Assembly (NCBI GenBank): GCA_046566045.1
Contig: JBKHXL010000014.1
Span: 4,917 to 68,916 of the forward strand
DNA: 64,000 nt
Origin: Candidatus Limnocylindria bacterium
GTDB lineage: Bacteria > Chloroflexota > Limnocylindria > Limnocylindrales > CSP1-4
Reading direction: 5' to 3'
Part shown: piece by piece, positions 8,404 to 20,003 of the stretch
Layout of the letters: every line of letters begins with the position of its first letter
Numbering within the stretch: the first letter of the stretch is position 1
Made by a program: the position numbers and the translations under genes
The notes under the pieces: generated by a model
Seen by the model: only the letters and a program-made list of their open reading frames with translations
Database searches by the model: none
Told to the model about the DNA's origin: nothing

Positions 8404-9451
8404 CCCGGGTCGTCGGGATCGTCGGGGCCGGGCGCATGGGCACCGGGATCGCCCAGGTCGTGGTCGAGGCGGGCGACCGCGTCCGCATCCACGACGCGTC
8501 GCCAGCCGCCGTCGACGCGGCGCTCGAGCGGGTGCGCGACGGCCTCGCCCGGCGCGCCGACGGGCGCCACCCGACGACGGGGCCGGACTGGATCGCGGAG
8601 CGGATGGACCGCATCGCGACGGCCGCGACGCCGGCGGCGCTGGCGCGGGAAGCCGACCTGGTCATCGAGGCGGTGGTCGAGGATCTCGACGTGAAGCGCG
8701 AGCTCTTCCATGCGCTCGACGCGGCGGCGGCCCCCGACGCGATCCTGGCGACCAACACGAGCGCCCTGCGCGTGCACGACATCGCGGCCGCGACGGCCTC
8801 GCCGGAGCGGGTGATCGGCCTGCACTGGTTCAATCCGCCGACGCGCATGGCGCTGGTCGAGGTCATCGCCGCGGAGCGGACGAGCGCGGAGGTGGTGGGC
8901 CGCGCCATCGCCGCGGTCACGGCCTGGGGCCGGACCCCGGTGCGCAGCGCGGACACCCCGGGGTTCATCGTCAACCGGGTCAATCGCCCGTTCACGATCG
9001 AGGCGCTTCGCCTGCTCGAGGCGCGGATCGCCGACGTCCCGACCATCGACGCCGCGCTGCGCGGCGCCGGGTTCCCGATGGGCCCGTTCGAGCTGATGGA
9101 CCTGACCGGCATCGACATCAGCCTGGCCGCGGCCCGCGGCGTGTGGGAGGGGCTCGGTCGGCCCGAGCACCTGCGGCCATCGCCCATCCAGGAAGGGCTC
9201 GTGGCTGCCGGGCGGCTGGGGCGCTCGACCGGCGAGGGGTTCTACCGCTACGTCGAGGGACGACGCGGCGAGCCGGCCGAGGGCTTCGCGTTCACGCTGC
9301 CGACCGTGCCCGACCCGGCCTCGATCGCCGCCTGCATCGTGGGCGCCATCGACGCCGAGGCGGCCCGCGCCGCCGCAGCCGGTGTCGCCAGCCGCGACGA
9401 CATCGAGCTCGCGCTGCGCCTCGGGGCGGGCCACCCGGTACGATCGACGCC

Positions 9452-9455
<4 letters not shown>
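8400..9455 (+). CDS. paaH: 3-hydroxyacyl-CoA (3-hydroxyadipyl-CoA) dehydrogenase
   Basis: NAD-binding [15 protein letters not shown] and the HFFNP-like motif [15 protein letters not shown] overlaps on both sides. It sits where paaE is normally found. Confidence 0.85.
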
Positions 9456-10684
<1,229 letters not shown>

Positions 10685-10742
10685 TAGGACACGACCCTGA
10701 TCTCAGGCCTGCGTCGTTTGCGCGGCTCGAAGGTGCGAGATC

Positions 10743-11777
10743 CTAGGGGGTTTCGACGCGAATGCGAATCACCGTAAGGTCGTTCGCAACGACGAGAAAC
10801 GTGGCCTCGCCTGCGACGTACGTGTGGCCCTCGCTATCGATCCCGCCGATCAACCGGACCCTTGTCTCCCGCGCAGGTGCACCTGGGTATCGGCAGGAGC
10901 CGTCGGGGGCCGTGACGAGCCCGACGCCATCGCCGTCGCCAGGCGCGCACATCAGCCCTGGCACTGGCCTACCTTGCCCATCCACGGCGAGGATCACGAG
11001 ATCACCCACCGGCCCGTCCCACGGTGGCTCTCCAGCCCAGTCGATGCGCACCCACTCCGGAGCGGCAAAGTGCGCGCGAATCTCGACGTCCAGGTCGCGC
11101 CGCATCGAGATGTACGTAAGCTCGACGATTCCGCCATCCATCGAGTTGGTCCCGACGTGCAGTAGCCGAGCGTCGACGGTGTCGAACCAGCCTTCTTCAG
11201 ATCGGACCCTTTCGACGAACGCGATCTGCTCGAGGATACGTGGGGCCACCTCACGGACCTCCCAGAGGGCCGCGGGCGAGAGCAAACGACCGAGCGCTGC
11301 GCGATGCACGTCCACGTTTCGGTAGACCTCGACAACGACGGTCGAACCGGCCGATGGATCGATGTACGAGCCGTGCCAGTCCTCGGGCACTGTCATCCCG
11401 TACTCCGCAACGACTTGGCCGACTTCGACGGCGGCACTGTTGCGGGCTAGGAGATTGTCGAGCTCCCATGGCAGCAACGGAACGCCGAACATGTCGACAC
11501 CCTCCTGACTGGAGGGATCGGCGCTGACGATCGAGATCCACCGGTCGTCGGCGCGGATGCCATACGTCTCTCGGAACTCCCTCGACTCTGCCACCTGCGC
11601 CGGCGTAAGGGTGGACGTGGCCGTCGTCTCGGTCGCTGGGCTCGGGCCTGATGGCGTTCGACCTGATGAGTCGGCACAGCCTGCCACGACCAAGATGGTG
11701 ACGAGCGATGCCGACCGAATGACCACCGATATAGTCACGTGGCCGAAGAGCGGTCGCCGCCGGGCGAGGTTGAGCAT
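10743..11777 (-). CDS. Hypothetical lipoprotein in a lower-GC patch
   Basis: Predicted lipoprotein signal peptide MLNLARRRPLFGHVTISVVIRSASLVTILVVAGC with an LVVAG-C lipobox. No recognisable catalytic domain. Local GC is visibly lower than in the flanks. Confidence 0.55.
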   Translation of the reverse strand: MLNLARRRPLFGHVTISVVIRSASLVTILVVAGCADSSGRTPSGPSPATETTATSTLTPAQVAESREFRETYGIRADDRWISIVSADPSSQEGVDMFGVPLLPWELDNLLARNSAAVEVGQVVAEYGMTVPEDWHGSYIDPSAGSTVVVEVYRNVDVHRAALGRLLSPAALWEVREVAPRILEQIAFVERVRSEEGWFDTVDARLLHVGTNSMDGGIVELTYISMRRDLDVEIRAHFAAPEWVRIDWAGEPPWDGPVGDLVILAVDGQGRPVPGLMCAPGDGDGVGLVTAPDGSCRYPGAPARETRVRLIGGIDSEGHTYVAGEATFLVVANDLTVIRIRVETP

Positions 11778-12346
11778 CACGTGGTGCGCTGAAGTCAGCA
11801 ATTGGCACTCGTACAGAGGCTATACGGGGCCCAGAACTCGTCGTACTGGATGGATCCGATGTCTACGGGGCTATACCATCCGTAGTTTGGAAGTGGGTCG
11901 TCGTCGAGGTCCGAGTGCACCCATCGACGCGATCCTCTTGTAGTGTTCGTCAAGCGAGTCTGTGAAGAGGAAGACTGGAACGCCAGGTTGAGGCGGTAGA
12001 AGTGGTGTAACGCGGGACCGCGGTGCCGGAGTGCTGAGACGTCGGCCACCGCGGAGCCCCAGACTCGTCGAGACGACCAAGTCATCGACGAAGGAGCACC
12101 ACGATGGCCGAAGGACACAGCATGACGGCTGCCGAGCGAGCCGGCGGCCCGACTCCGGCAGTGTACCTGCCGGCCGTTTCGCTGAAGTCAGCGCACTTAC
12201 GGTCGGCGACGCGTCCGGCCCCGTGTCGTCCGCGATTTCGTCGCAACACTTGTCGAAACCCGTTGCCCTGCGTACGATGTCCCCATCGCGTCCCGTTGAC
12301 GCCCACCGTACGCGTAACCGCCCGTCCGAAGGAGGACGCACACCCG

Positions 12347-12757
12347 ATGATCGAGCAGCAGCCCACGTTCGTTGAGCCCCATATCGAGCCGACCACCGTG
12401 GTCTCGCTGACCGATGCCGCCACGGCCAAGCTCAAGGAGCTGACCGTCGCCGAGACGAATCCGGACATCGGCCTGCGCGTCTACGTCTACTCCGGGGGCT
12501 GCTCCGGCTACCGCTACGGGATGATGCTGGAGGACGCCCCGACGCCCGAGGACAAGCGCCTCGAGGTCAACGGCATCAAGGTCTATGTCGACGGCCAGAG
12601 CGTCAGCCTCCTGCAGGGCTCCCAGATCGACTACGTCGACACCCTGATGGGCGCGGGCTTCACCGTGAACAACCCGAACGCGGTCGCGGCCTGCGGCTGC
12701 GGCTCGAGTTTCCGGACCGCCGACGACGGTGGCGCGCCCAAGGGCTGCGCTCACTGA
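12347..12757 (+). CDS. HesB/IscA/ErpA-family iron-sulfur cluster insertion protein
   Basis: 136 aa with the C-terminal signature NPNAVAACGCGSSF. Strong RBS GGAGGA about 8 nt upstream of the ATG. The longer track ORF (12104..) is rejected. Confidence 0.85.
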   Translation: MIEQQPTFVEPHIEPTTVVSLTDAATAKLKELTVAETNPDIGLRVYVYSGGCSGYRYGMMLEDAPTPEDKRLEVNGIKVYVDGQSVSLLQGSQIDYVDTLMGAGFTVNNPNAVAACGCGSSFRTADDGGAPKGCAH

Positions 12758-12830
12758 CCTGACCGGCGCCCCAAGGGCGCGATCGCCACGATCCTGAAGC
12801 CGCCGGGAGACCGGCGGCTTCGCTGGTCCC

Positions 12831-14516
12831 ATGGGCGTCGGCACAGGTCCCCCGACCGCGGGGTACCGTCGGGTCATGGGCGCGACGGCCCGGCGTCGCC
12901 ATGGTTGGGCCCACACCGTCATGCCTCTCAACCTCCGCCCTGCCCGTCGTCTCGCGCCGTGGCTGGCCGCTCTCGCGGTCGGCCTCATCCTCATGGGCGT
13001 GCATCGCACCCTGGAGCCGGGCAGCCTGGGCCAGAGCTTCCTGTACGACGGGATCGGCGCCGGGGCCATCGTGGCCGCCCTCGTCGGCGTGGCGATGCAT
13101 CGGCCGGAGCGCGCCGCGCCGTGGCTGCTGATGGCCTTCGGCCAGGCGCTGTTCGTGGCCGGCGATCTTGCCTGGAACGTCTACGAGATCATGGGTGAGG
13201 ACCCCTTCCCGTCCTTCGCCGACGTGCTGTACCTCGGCGGTTACCCGTTCATCGCCGCCGGTCTGCTCATCTTCATCCGCCATCGCGTCGCCGACGGCGA
13301 CCGTGGCGGGCTCCTGGACGCGGGCATCCTGGCCACTGCCGCCGCGATCCTGTCCTGGACGTTCTTCATGCAGCCGGTCGTCGCCGACTCCGAGCTCGAC
13401 CCGCTGAGCCTGTGGATCAGCCTCTCGTACCCGCTCGCCGACCTGCTGCTCATCGGCGTCGCCGTGGGCCTGCTGACGACGCCCGGTGCGCGCACCGCGT
13501 CGTTCCGACTCCTATTGCTGAGTCTCGTGACCCTGCTCGTCGCCGACCAGATCTACGCCCTCCAGAACCTCGATGGGACGTACGTGTCGGGCGGCCCGAT
13601 CGACAGCCTGTACCTGTTCGCGTACATCACCTTCGGCGTGTCGGCGTTGCATCCGACGATGCGCGCCCTGACCGACCCGCACCCGGTCGCCGTCCAGTGG
13701 CTGGGCCACATCCGCATCGCCTGCCTGGCCCTCGCCATGGTCACGGGCCCCATCCTGGTCGCCCTCGGACCGAACGGTGACGGGACCCTCATCGTGCCGG
13801 CCATCGGGACCGCCGTCTTGTCGTTGCTCGTCCTCGTCCGGCTGGCTGGTGTGGTCACCCTGCTCGAGCGTGACGTATCGCAGCGCCGCGCCCTGGAGGC
13901 TCGCCTCCGCTACCAGGCCCATCACGACCCGCTCACCGGGCTGGCCAACCGTCGCCGCTTCGTGGAAGCCGTCGAGGCGGCACTCGCGGCGCGCCGCGAG
14001 CCCGGGACCGTCGCCGCCCTCTTCCTCGACCTCGACGACTTCAAGGCGGTGAACGACAGCCAGGGGCACGCCGCCGGCGATGGACTGCTGGCGGCCGTCG
14101 CCGGCCGCATCCGCGATGGCCTGCGCTCCGGCGATATCGCCGCGCGCCTCGGGGGCGACGAGTTCGGCGTGCTGCTCGTCGACATCCCTGACGCGGCCTA
14201 TGCCCGAAGCGTGGCCCAGCGGCTGCTGGATGCGCTCGATGTCCCGGTGCCCGTCGGCGGGACCGCCGTGGCCGTGGGCGCCTGCATCGGCATCGCCGTG
14301 GACACCCACGACATGCAGACCGTGGACGACCTGCTGGGCGCGGCCGACGTCGCGATGTACCAGGCCAAGGCCGGCGGCAAGGATCGTCTCCACGTCTACG
14401 CTCCCGGCTCCGAGACCGTGGGCCCCGATCTCGACCAGGGCGCTGCCGCGACCGCCATGCTGTCGCGGCGTCTGGTCCGCCACGCCCCGTCGCGCATGGA
14501 ACTCGAACCGGGCTAG
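12831..14516 (+). CDS. Membrane-associated diguanylate cyclase (multi-TM sensor region plus GGDEF domain)
   Basis: N-terminal half has about 8 predicted TM helices. The C-terminal GGDEF domain carries an intact RLGGDEF active site and an I-site-like RxxD. The start is uncertain; in-frame ATGs at about 12876 and 12921 are alternatives. Confidence 0.8.
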   Translation: MGVGTGPPTAGYRRVMGATARRRHGWAHTVMPLNLRPARRLAPWLAALAVGLILMGVHRTLEPGSLGQSFLYDGIGAGAIVAALVGVAMHRPERAAPWLLMAFGQALFVAGDLAWNVYEIMGEDPFPSFADVLYLGGYPFIAAGLLIFIRHRVADGDRGGLLDAGILATAAAILSWTFFMQPVVADSELDPLSLWISLSYPLADLLLIGVAVGLLTTPGARTASFRLLLLSLVTLLVADQIYALQNLDGTYVSGGPIDSLYLFAYITFGVSALHPTMRALTDPHPVAVQWLGHIRIACLALAMVTGPILVALGPNGDGTLIVPAIGTAVLSLLVLVRLAGVVTLLERDVSQRRALEARLRYQAHHDPLTGLANRRRFVEAVEAALAARREPGTVAALFLDLDDFKAVNDSQGHAAGDGLLAAVAGRIRDGLRSGDIAARLGGDEFGVLLVDIPDAAYARSVAQRLLDALDVPVPVGGTAVAVGACIGIAVDTHDMQTVDDLLGAADVAMYQAKAGGKDRLHVYAPGSETVGPDLDQGAAATAMLSRRLVRHAPSRMELEPG

Positions 14517-14533
14517 ACTCGGGGTCCACGACG

Positions 14534-15325
14534 ATGGACATCCCGCTCTTCCCGCTCCACACGGTCCTCTGCCCCGGCATCGTCCTGCCGCTGCACATCT
14601 TCGAGGAGCGCTACCGGGCGATGACCCGGCACTGCCTGGAGACCGGCGAGCCGTTCGGCGTGGTGCTCATCCGCGATGGTCGCGAGGTCGGTACCAGGGG
14701 CATCGCCACGCTGGCCGGCGTGGGCGCCTTTGCCGAGATCCGCGAGGCCGGCCGCTACGCCGACGGCCGCTTCGACCTGCTCGCGGCGGCCACGGGCCGC
14801 TTCGCCATCGAATCGGTGGACAGCCAGCGCGAGCCGTACCTCGTGGCCTCGGTGACGCCGCTCGACGACGAGGTCGGCGACGACGCCGACGCAGCGCGCC
14901 TCGCCGCCGCCGCCATCCGTCGCTTCGTGCGCTACCTGGAACTGATGCGCGCTCGCGACGGCGAGACGACCGACGAGCTCGATGTCCGGGTGGAGATCGA
15001 CGGGCCCGAGCCTGACGACGAGCGTGCCGCGGCGGCCCGGCCGACCGCCGCGGCCGCGGGTCCGTTGGAGTCGCTCCTGGAGGCCGACCCGCCGTCGCGC
15101 GGCGACCTGGGCATCCCCGACGACCCGACCGTGCTGTCGTACCTGTTGTCGGGCATCGTGCAGGTGGAGCTGCCGCGCCGCCAGGCCCTGCTCGAGGCGG
15201 AGACCACCGTCGAGCGCCTGGAGGGGCTCGTGGCGCTGCTGGAGCGGGAGCTGCTCCTGCTCGCCCGGCGGCTGCGGCACTTCACGCCGGATCCGCGCTC
15301 GCTCGGTGGCGTCAGGCGCAGCTGA
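14534..15325 (+). CDS. LON N-terminal (substrate-binding) domain protein
   Basis: The N-terminus MDIPLFPLHTVLCPGIVLPLHIFEERYRAM is the canonical Lon-N/PUA-like motif. There is no ATPase or protease domain. Confidence 0.75.
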   Translation: MDIPLFPLHTVLCPGIVLPLHIFEERYRAMTRHCLETGEPFGVVLIRDGREVGTRGIATLAGVGAFAEIREAGRYADGRFDLLAAATGRFAIESVDSQREPYLVASVTPLDDEVGDDADAARLAAAAIRRFVRYLELMRARDGETTDELDVRVEIDGPEPDDERAAAARPTAAAAGPLESLLEADPPSRGDLGIPDDPTVLSYLLSGIVQVELPRRQALLEAETTVERLEGLVALLERELLLLARRLRHFTPDPRSLGGVRRS

Positions 15326-15901
15326 GCGGCCGGGGCGCGGGACCGCGGCCGCCGCGGCCTCGGTAGCCGCCGCGACCTCCGCGGCCGCTGCGACCTCCGC
15401 GGCCGATGCGCCGAGCGGGTAGCCGCAGCGCCGAGCAGGTAGCCGCAGCTCGCCTCGCCCAGGCGGATCGCGGCGCCGCCGATCGGCCGGACCGGCGTCC
15501 AAGGCCTCGATCGGGCCAGGGTGCCGCGACAGGCCGACGCGCAGGAGATGCGGCACCACATGCCGCATCCCTCGGTGTCGTGCGCATCAGACGCACGCAC
15601 CGGCCTCGGGCTGGCCGTCAGGTGTCGGGAACGTGCAGCTGATGCGCCGATCCCGGCCGGAGGATGCCCTCGGCGGCGAATCCTCGGAGCGCCGGTCAGA
15701 GATGCGGCCTCCGATGCCGCACGACCCGCACGAGAATGGGCCGCCCCCCCGGCAGTGCCGACGATGCGTGCATCTGGCGCAACGGCCAGGTGGGGCGCCA
15801 GTCCGGCCGCAGGCGCCCCGCGCGTCCCGCGCACGATCCGTCGCCGGCGGGCGACCACCCGTGCGTCAGATGCGTGCGGGGGAGCGGTGGCGGGCCACTG
15901 C
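15326..15901. promoter_or_regulatory. 575-bp gene-free spacer between convergent genes; holds five AGATGCG(G/T)GC-like motifs and a perfect 9-bp palindrome (GATGCGGCA-N5-TGCCGCATC, about 15547-15569)
   Basis: No codon-biased ORF lies here; the track ORFs are Arg/Gly-rich shadows. GATGCG occurs on the plus strand at about 15547, 15641, 15701, 15764 and 15868, which is far above expectation for this composition. Short direct repeats (cgacctccgcggccg twice, ggtagccgcagc twice) lie at about 15371-15445. Confidence 0.4.
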
Positions 15902-16507
15902 TCAGTCGCCGCTGAAGCGCTCTTCCTTCCAGGGATCGGCGTCGTTGTGGTAGCCGTAGCGCTCCCAGAAGCCGAGCTGGTCGTGGTCCAGGAACTCCAG
16001 GCCGCGGATCCACTTGGAGCTCTTCCAGAAGTACCTCTTCGGGACGACGAGGCGGAGCGGGTAGCCGTGCTCGGGCTCGAGCGGCTGGCCGTCGAACGTG
16101 TCGGCCAGCAGGACGTCGTCGTCGTCGAGCACGTCGAGCGGGAGGTTCGCGGTGTACCCCTGCTCGGCGTGGCTCACGACGTGCGTGGCCGACGGCCGGA
16201 CCTGGGCCAGCTCGAGGATCGCCCGGATCGGCACGCCCTCCCACGTGGTGTCGAGCTTCGACCACCGGGTGACGCAGTGGATGTCCGTATGGACCTGCGT
16301 GCGCGGCAGGGTCCTGAACTGCTCCCAGGTCAGGGCGAACGGCGCGTCCACCTCGCCGTAGACGCGGAAGTCCCACGTCGCGAGGTCGATGCGCGGCACG
16401 GAGCCGTAATGCAGCACCGGGAACTTCTCGGTGCGGTACTGGCCGGGCGGGATCCGCTCGGCGATGGCCGGGTCGGCGGCCTGGGAGCCGAAAAGGCGTT
16501 CGAACAT
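15902..16507 (-). CDS. Sulfite-oxidase-family molybdopterin oxidoreductase (YedY/MsrP-like catalytic domain)
   Basis: 201 aa from ATG 16507. The conserved Mo-binding Cys context is HCVTRWSK, and [25 protein letters not shown] is also present. The 526-aa track ORF extension is rejected. Confidence 0.8.
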   Translation of the reverse strand: MFERLFGSQAADPAIAERIPPGQYRTEKFPVLHYGSVPRIDLATWDFRVYGEVDAPFALTWEQFRTLPRTQVHTDIHCVTRWSKLDTTWEGVPIRAILELAQVRPSATHVVSHAEQGYTANLPLDVLDDDDVLLADTFDGQPLEPEHGYPLRLVVPKRYFWKSSKWIRGLEFLDHDQLGFWERYGYHNDADPWKEERFSGD

Positions 16508-16618
16508 GGCGCGCGGGGTCCTCTGCGTGGCGTGGCGAGGGCCATGGTGGCACACCACTGTGACGGACCGGTGTCGAGCGCTGGTCGGGATGCGTCCACG
16601 GTCCGCTACCCTGTCGCG

Positions 16619-17383
16619 GTGACCGAGCCTGCCGCCACGCCCATGGTCGTCGTCGTGATGCCCGCCTACAACGCGGCCAGGACGCTCGAGCGGACGTACG
16701 CCGACATCCCCCACGACCGCGTCGCGCGGATCATCCTGGTCGACGACGTGTCCCGCGACGAGACGGTGGACATCGCCCGTCAGCTCGGCCTCGACGTGAT
16801 CATCCACCAGCAGAACCTGGGCTACGGCGGCAACCAGAAGACGTGCTACGACGCGGCCCTCGCCGCGGGGGCCGACGTGGTCGTCATGCTCCACCCCGAC
16901 TACCAGTACGACGCGACCCGCATCCCCGACCTGATCGCGCCGATCCTCGCCGGCGAGCGCGACCTGATGCTGGGCAGCCGCTTCCTCGGCGATCCGCTGG
17001 CCGGGGGCATGCCGCGCTGGAAGTACGTCAGCAACCGCTTCCTGACGACGATCGAGAACGTCGCCTTCGGTCTGCGCCTGTCCGAGTACCACACCGGCCT
17101 GCGGGCGTACAGCCGCCGGCTGCTCGAGACGATCCCGTTCCACGCCAACAGCGACGACTTCGTGTTCGACCAGGAGCTCATCGCCCAGACCGTGGCCGCG
17201 GGCATGCGGCGGCGCATCGGCGAGATCGCGGTCCCGACCCGCTACTTCGAGGAGGCCAGCTCGGTCGGCTTCCGGCGCAGCGTCGTGTACGGCCTGTCCA
17301 CCCTGCGCGTCGTGGCCCGCTACGTGCTGCACCGCGTCCGGCTCCGGCGCTCCGACAAGTTGACCGCGCGCGACGAGTCGTGA
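16619..17383 (+). CDS. Family 2 glycosyltransferase
   Basis: GT-A fold motifs: [27 protein letters not shown] (DxD-like) and a QxxRW-like region. The GTG start at 16619 and the ATG at 16643 are both in frame. Confidence 0.8.
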   Translation: MTEPAATPMVVVVMPAYNAARTLERTYADIPHDRVARIILVDDVSRDETVDIARQLGLDVIIHQQNLGYGGNQKTCYDAALAAGADVVVMLHPDYQYDATRIPDLIAPILAGERDLMLGSRFLGDPLAGGMPRWKYVSNRFLTTIENVAFGLRLSEYHTGLRAYSRRLLETIPFHANSDDFVFDQELIAQTVAAGMRRRIGEIAVPTRYFEEASSVGFRRSVVYGLSTLRVVARYVLHRVRLRRSDKLTARDES

Positions 17384-17390
17384 ACCGCCG

Positions 17391-18371
17391 GTGACCCTGA
17401 CCCGCCGCACCGTCGCGCGCGCCCTGCTCGGGGTGGCCGTCTCGGTGGCCGCGATCTGGATCCTGCTCGGCGCGGTGGACATCGGCGCGGCCCTCGAGGT
17501 CCTCGGCTCGGCCTCGCCGGCGTGGGTGCTGGTGATGGTCGGCAGCGTGATGATCGACGTCGCCGCGCGGGGGAGGCGATGGCAGGCGCTGCTGGGCCCG
17601 GTCGCGACCGTGGCCTACCGGCGGGTCCTGGGCTATACCTACCTCGGCTACCTCGCCAACAACGTGCTGCCGGCGCGGCTCGGCGAGCTGGTCCGCAGCC
17701 ACGCGCTGGGGGAGGGCGAGGGCGTCAGCCGCACCACCGTGCTGGGGACGGTCGTGGTCGAGCGCATCGTCGACACCGTGATCGTCGTGGCCCTGGCCGC
17801 CGGCACGGTCGTCCTGCTCAGCGTGGGCGGGGCGATGGCCACGGGGGTCCTGCTGGGAACCGCCTTCGTGGCCGTCCTCGTCAGCGGCCTCGCCGGGGCG
17901 ATCGCCCTGCATCGTCTTCCCGGCGCGGATCGCTTCCTCGGCCTGGCCGGGCGCTGGCCGCGGGTCGTGGATCTCGCCGCCCGGCTGCGCACCGGACTCG
18001 CGGTCGCGGCGCATCCCCGGGCGCTCGGGCTCGCGCTCGTCCTCAGCGCGGTCGCGTGGACCGCGTCGATCGTGACCATCCTCGCGGCCGGTCGGGCCGT
18101 CGGCATCGAGCTGTCGTTCGCCCAGGGCGCCCTCCTGTCGAGCGGCATCGCGCTGGCGACGATCGTCCCGTCGGGGCCGGGCTACCTGGGCACCTTCGAG
18201 CTGACGGCGGTCGGGATCGCGTCGGCGTTCGGGATCGGACCCGACCGGGCCTTCGCGATGGCACTGCTCGTGCACGCGTTGATCCTCGGGGTCACCTCGG
18301 TCGGCGGGGTCGCCGCCCTGATCGCCGGCCGGCGACGGCGCTCAGCCCCCGAGCGCCCGCGCGATCCCTGA
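17391..18371 (+). CDS. Flippase-like / lysylphosphatidylglycerol-synthase TM-region family membrane protein (UPF0104)
   Basis: 326 aa with about 8 TM helices. The pattern [22 protein letters not shown] is characteristic of pfam03706. It lies directly downstream of the GT2 gene. Confidence 0.7.
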   Translation: MTLTRRTVARALLGVAVSVAAIWILLGAVDIGAALEVLGSASPAWVLVMVGSVMIDVAARGRRWQALLGPVATVAYRRVLGYTYLGYLANNVLPARLGELVRSHALGEGEGVSRTTVLGTVVVERIVDTVIVVALAAGTVVLLSVGGAMATGVLLGTAFVAVLVSGLAGAIALHRLPGADRFLGLAGRWPRVVDLAARLRTGLAVAAHPRALGLALVLSAVAWTASIVTILAAGRAVGIELSFAQGALLSSGIALATIVPSGPGYLGTFELTAVGIASAFGIGPDRAFAMALLVHALILGVTSVGGVAALIAGRRRRSAPERPRDP

Positions 18372-19412
18372 GGCCTCGATCGCCAGCAGCGTCGCTCCAC
18401 CGACGACGACCGCGGCCCCGAACCCGACCAGCAACGGGCGCAGCCCGACGGCCCGGAGCTCGCCGAACCGCGTGGTGAGCCCGACCGCAGCCAGCCCGAC
18501 GAGGATGGCCCAGCCGGCGACGACGCCGAGGGTCGAGGCCAGCTCCGCCGAGATGAGCCCGACGCTGCGCAGCGCGGCGACGGCCACGAACGCGAGCACG
18601 AATCCCGGGACGGCCCGCCGGGCTCCGGCCCCCGCGCCCACCGGCAGCGGTCCGTCGGCGGGCGTCGTGCGCCGACTCCATGCCCAGGCGATGCCGAGCA
18701 GCAGCGGCGCCATCAGCGCGTTGCGGATGAGCTTGACCACCGTCGCGACCTCGAGGGCGGCCGGCGAGATGGCCGCCGACGCGGCGACGACCTGGCTCGT
18801 GTCGTTGACCGCGATCCCGGCCCACAGGCCGGCTGCGACGTCGTCCAGGGCGAGGGCGCGCGCCACGACCGGGTAGACGAACACGGCGGCGGTCCCGAAC
18901 AGCGTGACGACGGCGACGGCGAATGCGACGTGGCGCGGCGGCGCCCCGATCACCGGGGCCGTGGCGATGACCGCCGAGTTGCCGCACACCGCCGCACCCA
19001 CCGCGAGCAGGACGGCCAGCGAGCGCTCCAGGGCGGCCACGCGAGCGGCGAGCAGGACGAGGGTCAGCGTGCCGGCCATGGTGGCGACGATCAGCCACGC
19101 CGCCGGTGCCCCGATCGACACGATCTCGCCGAGGCTCAGCCGGGCACCCAGCAGCACGATCCCGCCGCGCAGGATCCAGGTCATGGCCGCGGCGAGACCC
19201 GGGCGCAGGCCCGGGGCACGGGTCAGGGCCGTCGGGCCGACGAGCAAGCCGAGCAGGACGGCGATCGAGACGGCGGCCACGCCGGCCGGCACGAAGCCGG
19301 TCAGGCGCTCGGCGAGGACCGCCAGCAGGACGGCCGCCGAGATGCCCGGCAGGACGGCCCGCAGGCGGGTCACCGGAGCGGGCGGGGCCGACCGCGCCTC
19401 AGCGGCCGGCAC
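18342..19412 (-). CDS. YeiH/UPF0324-family putative sulfate exporter
   Basis: 356 aa, polytopic, with family motifs (LAVLLAVGAAVCGNSAVIATAPVIGA; GIAVNDTSQVVAASA). Its 3' end overlaps the convergent flippase-like gene by 30 nt, so the true end or start may differ. Confidence 0.7.
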   Translation of the reverse strand: MPAAEARSAPPAPVTRLRAVLPGISAAVLLAVLAERLTGFVPAGVAAVSIAVLLGLLVGPTALTRAPGLRPGLAAAMTWILRGGIVLLGARLSLGEIVSIGAPAAWLIVATMAGTLTLVLLAARVAALERSLAVLLAVGAAVCGNSAVIATAPVIGAPPRHVAFAVAVVTLFGTAAVFVYPVVARALALDDVAAGLWAGIAVNDTSQVVAASAAISPAALEVATVVKLIRNALMAPLLLGIAWAWSRRTTPADGPLPVGAGAGARRAVPGFVLAFVAVAALRSVGLISAELASTLGVVAGWAILVGLAAVGLTTRFGELRAVGLRPLLVGFGAAVVVGGATLLAIEASGIARALGG

Positions 19413-19417
19413 GGCGC

Positions 19418-19906
19418 TCAGGGCGTGGCGAAGGAGGGATCGACGGCGACGAGCGCGGGCCCCGGCGCGGGGTGCCGGTCGTAGGGCTCGAAGCGGAGGG
19501 GCGCGTCCGGCGCCTCACGGGAGACGCGGCGGAACTCCAGCGTGTACGAGGCGTACATCTCGTCGAGGACGGTGATCGCGTCGCGGTGGGCCGGCAGCCC
19601 GGCGGCGTGTCGGGCCGCGGCCCGGCTGTCCCACAGGCAGAACGACAGGCAGCTGCCGTCGTCGGCCGTGGGGCCCTTGAAGTAGTGGACGAAGCCGGGC
19701 GCGGCGGCCGCCTCTGCGTGCGCCGTGTCGTCGAGGACGGTGAGGCGGGCCTCGTCGGCATCGTCGCGCCGGATGGAGCGGAAGACCACGAGGTACCACT
19801 CGCCGTGGTCCAGTTCCGCGCTCGCGCGGTCCCAGTCGAACGCGTGCTCGACGGGCAGGGTCGCGTACGACGGCGAGACGGGTGCCAGGTGCTTGAGGCT
19901 GTCCAC
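19418..19906 (-). CDS. Hypothetical protein, possibly a small alpha+beta-barrel (ABM/Dabb-like) fold
   Basis: 162 aa with coding-like composition. It lies 6 bp upstream of yeiH on the same strand. No confident family assignment. Confidence 0.45.
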   Translation of the reverse strand: MDSLKHLAPVSPSYATLPVEHAFDWDRASAELDHGEWYLVVFRSIRRDDADEARLTVLDDTAHAEAAAAPGFVHYFKGPTADDGSCLSFCLWDSRAAARHAAGLPAHRDAITVLDEMYASYTLEFRRVSREAPDAPLRFEPYDRHPAPGPALVAVDPSFATP

Positions 19907-20003
19907 TGCCCATCGATGATAGGAAGGCTGCCGACATTGTCAAATCGCGAGACGGACCATTCCCACCATGCGAAAGTCCTGCCGGGGTGGCGCGACGCCC
20001 CGC

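Noticed and set aside
15312-15596. 94-aa minus-strand ORF with RGG-like repeats in the 575-bp spacer
   Set aside because: The repeats reflect the short DNA direct repeats. There is no RBS or conserved domain, so this is more likely non-coding. It is retained only as part of the regulatory-region finding.
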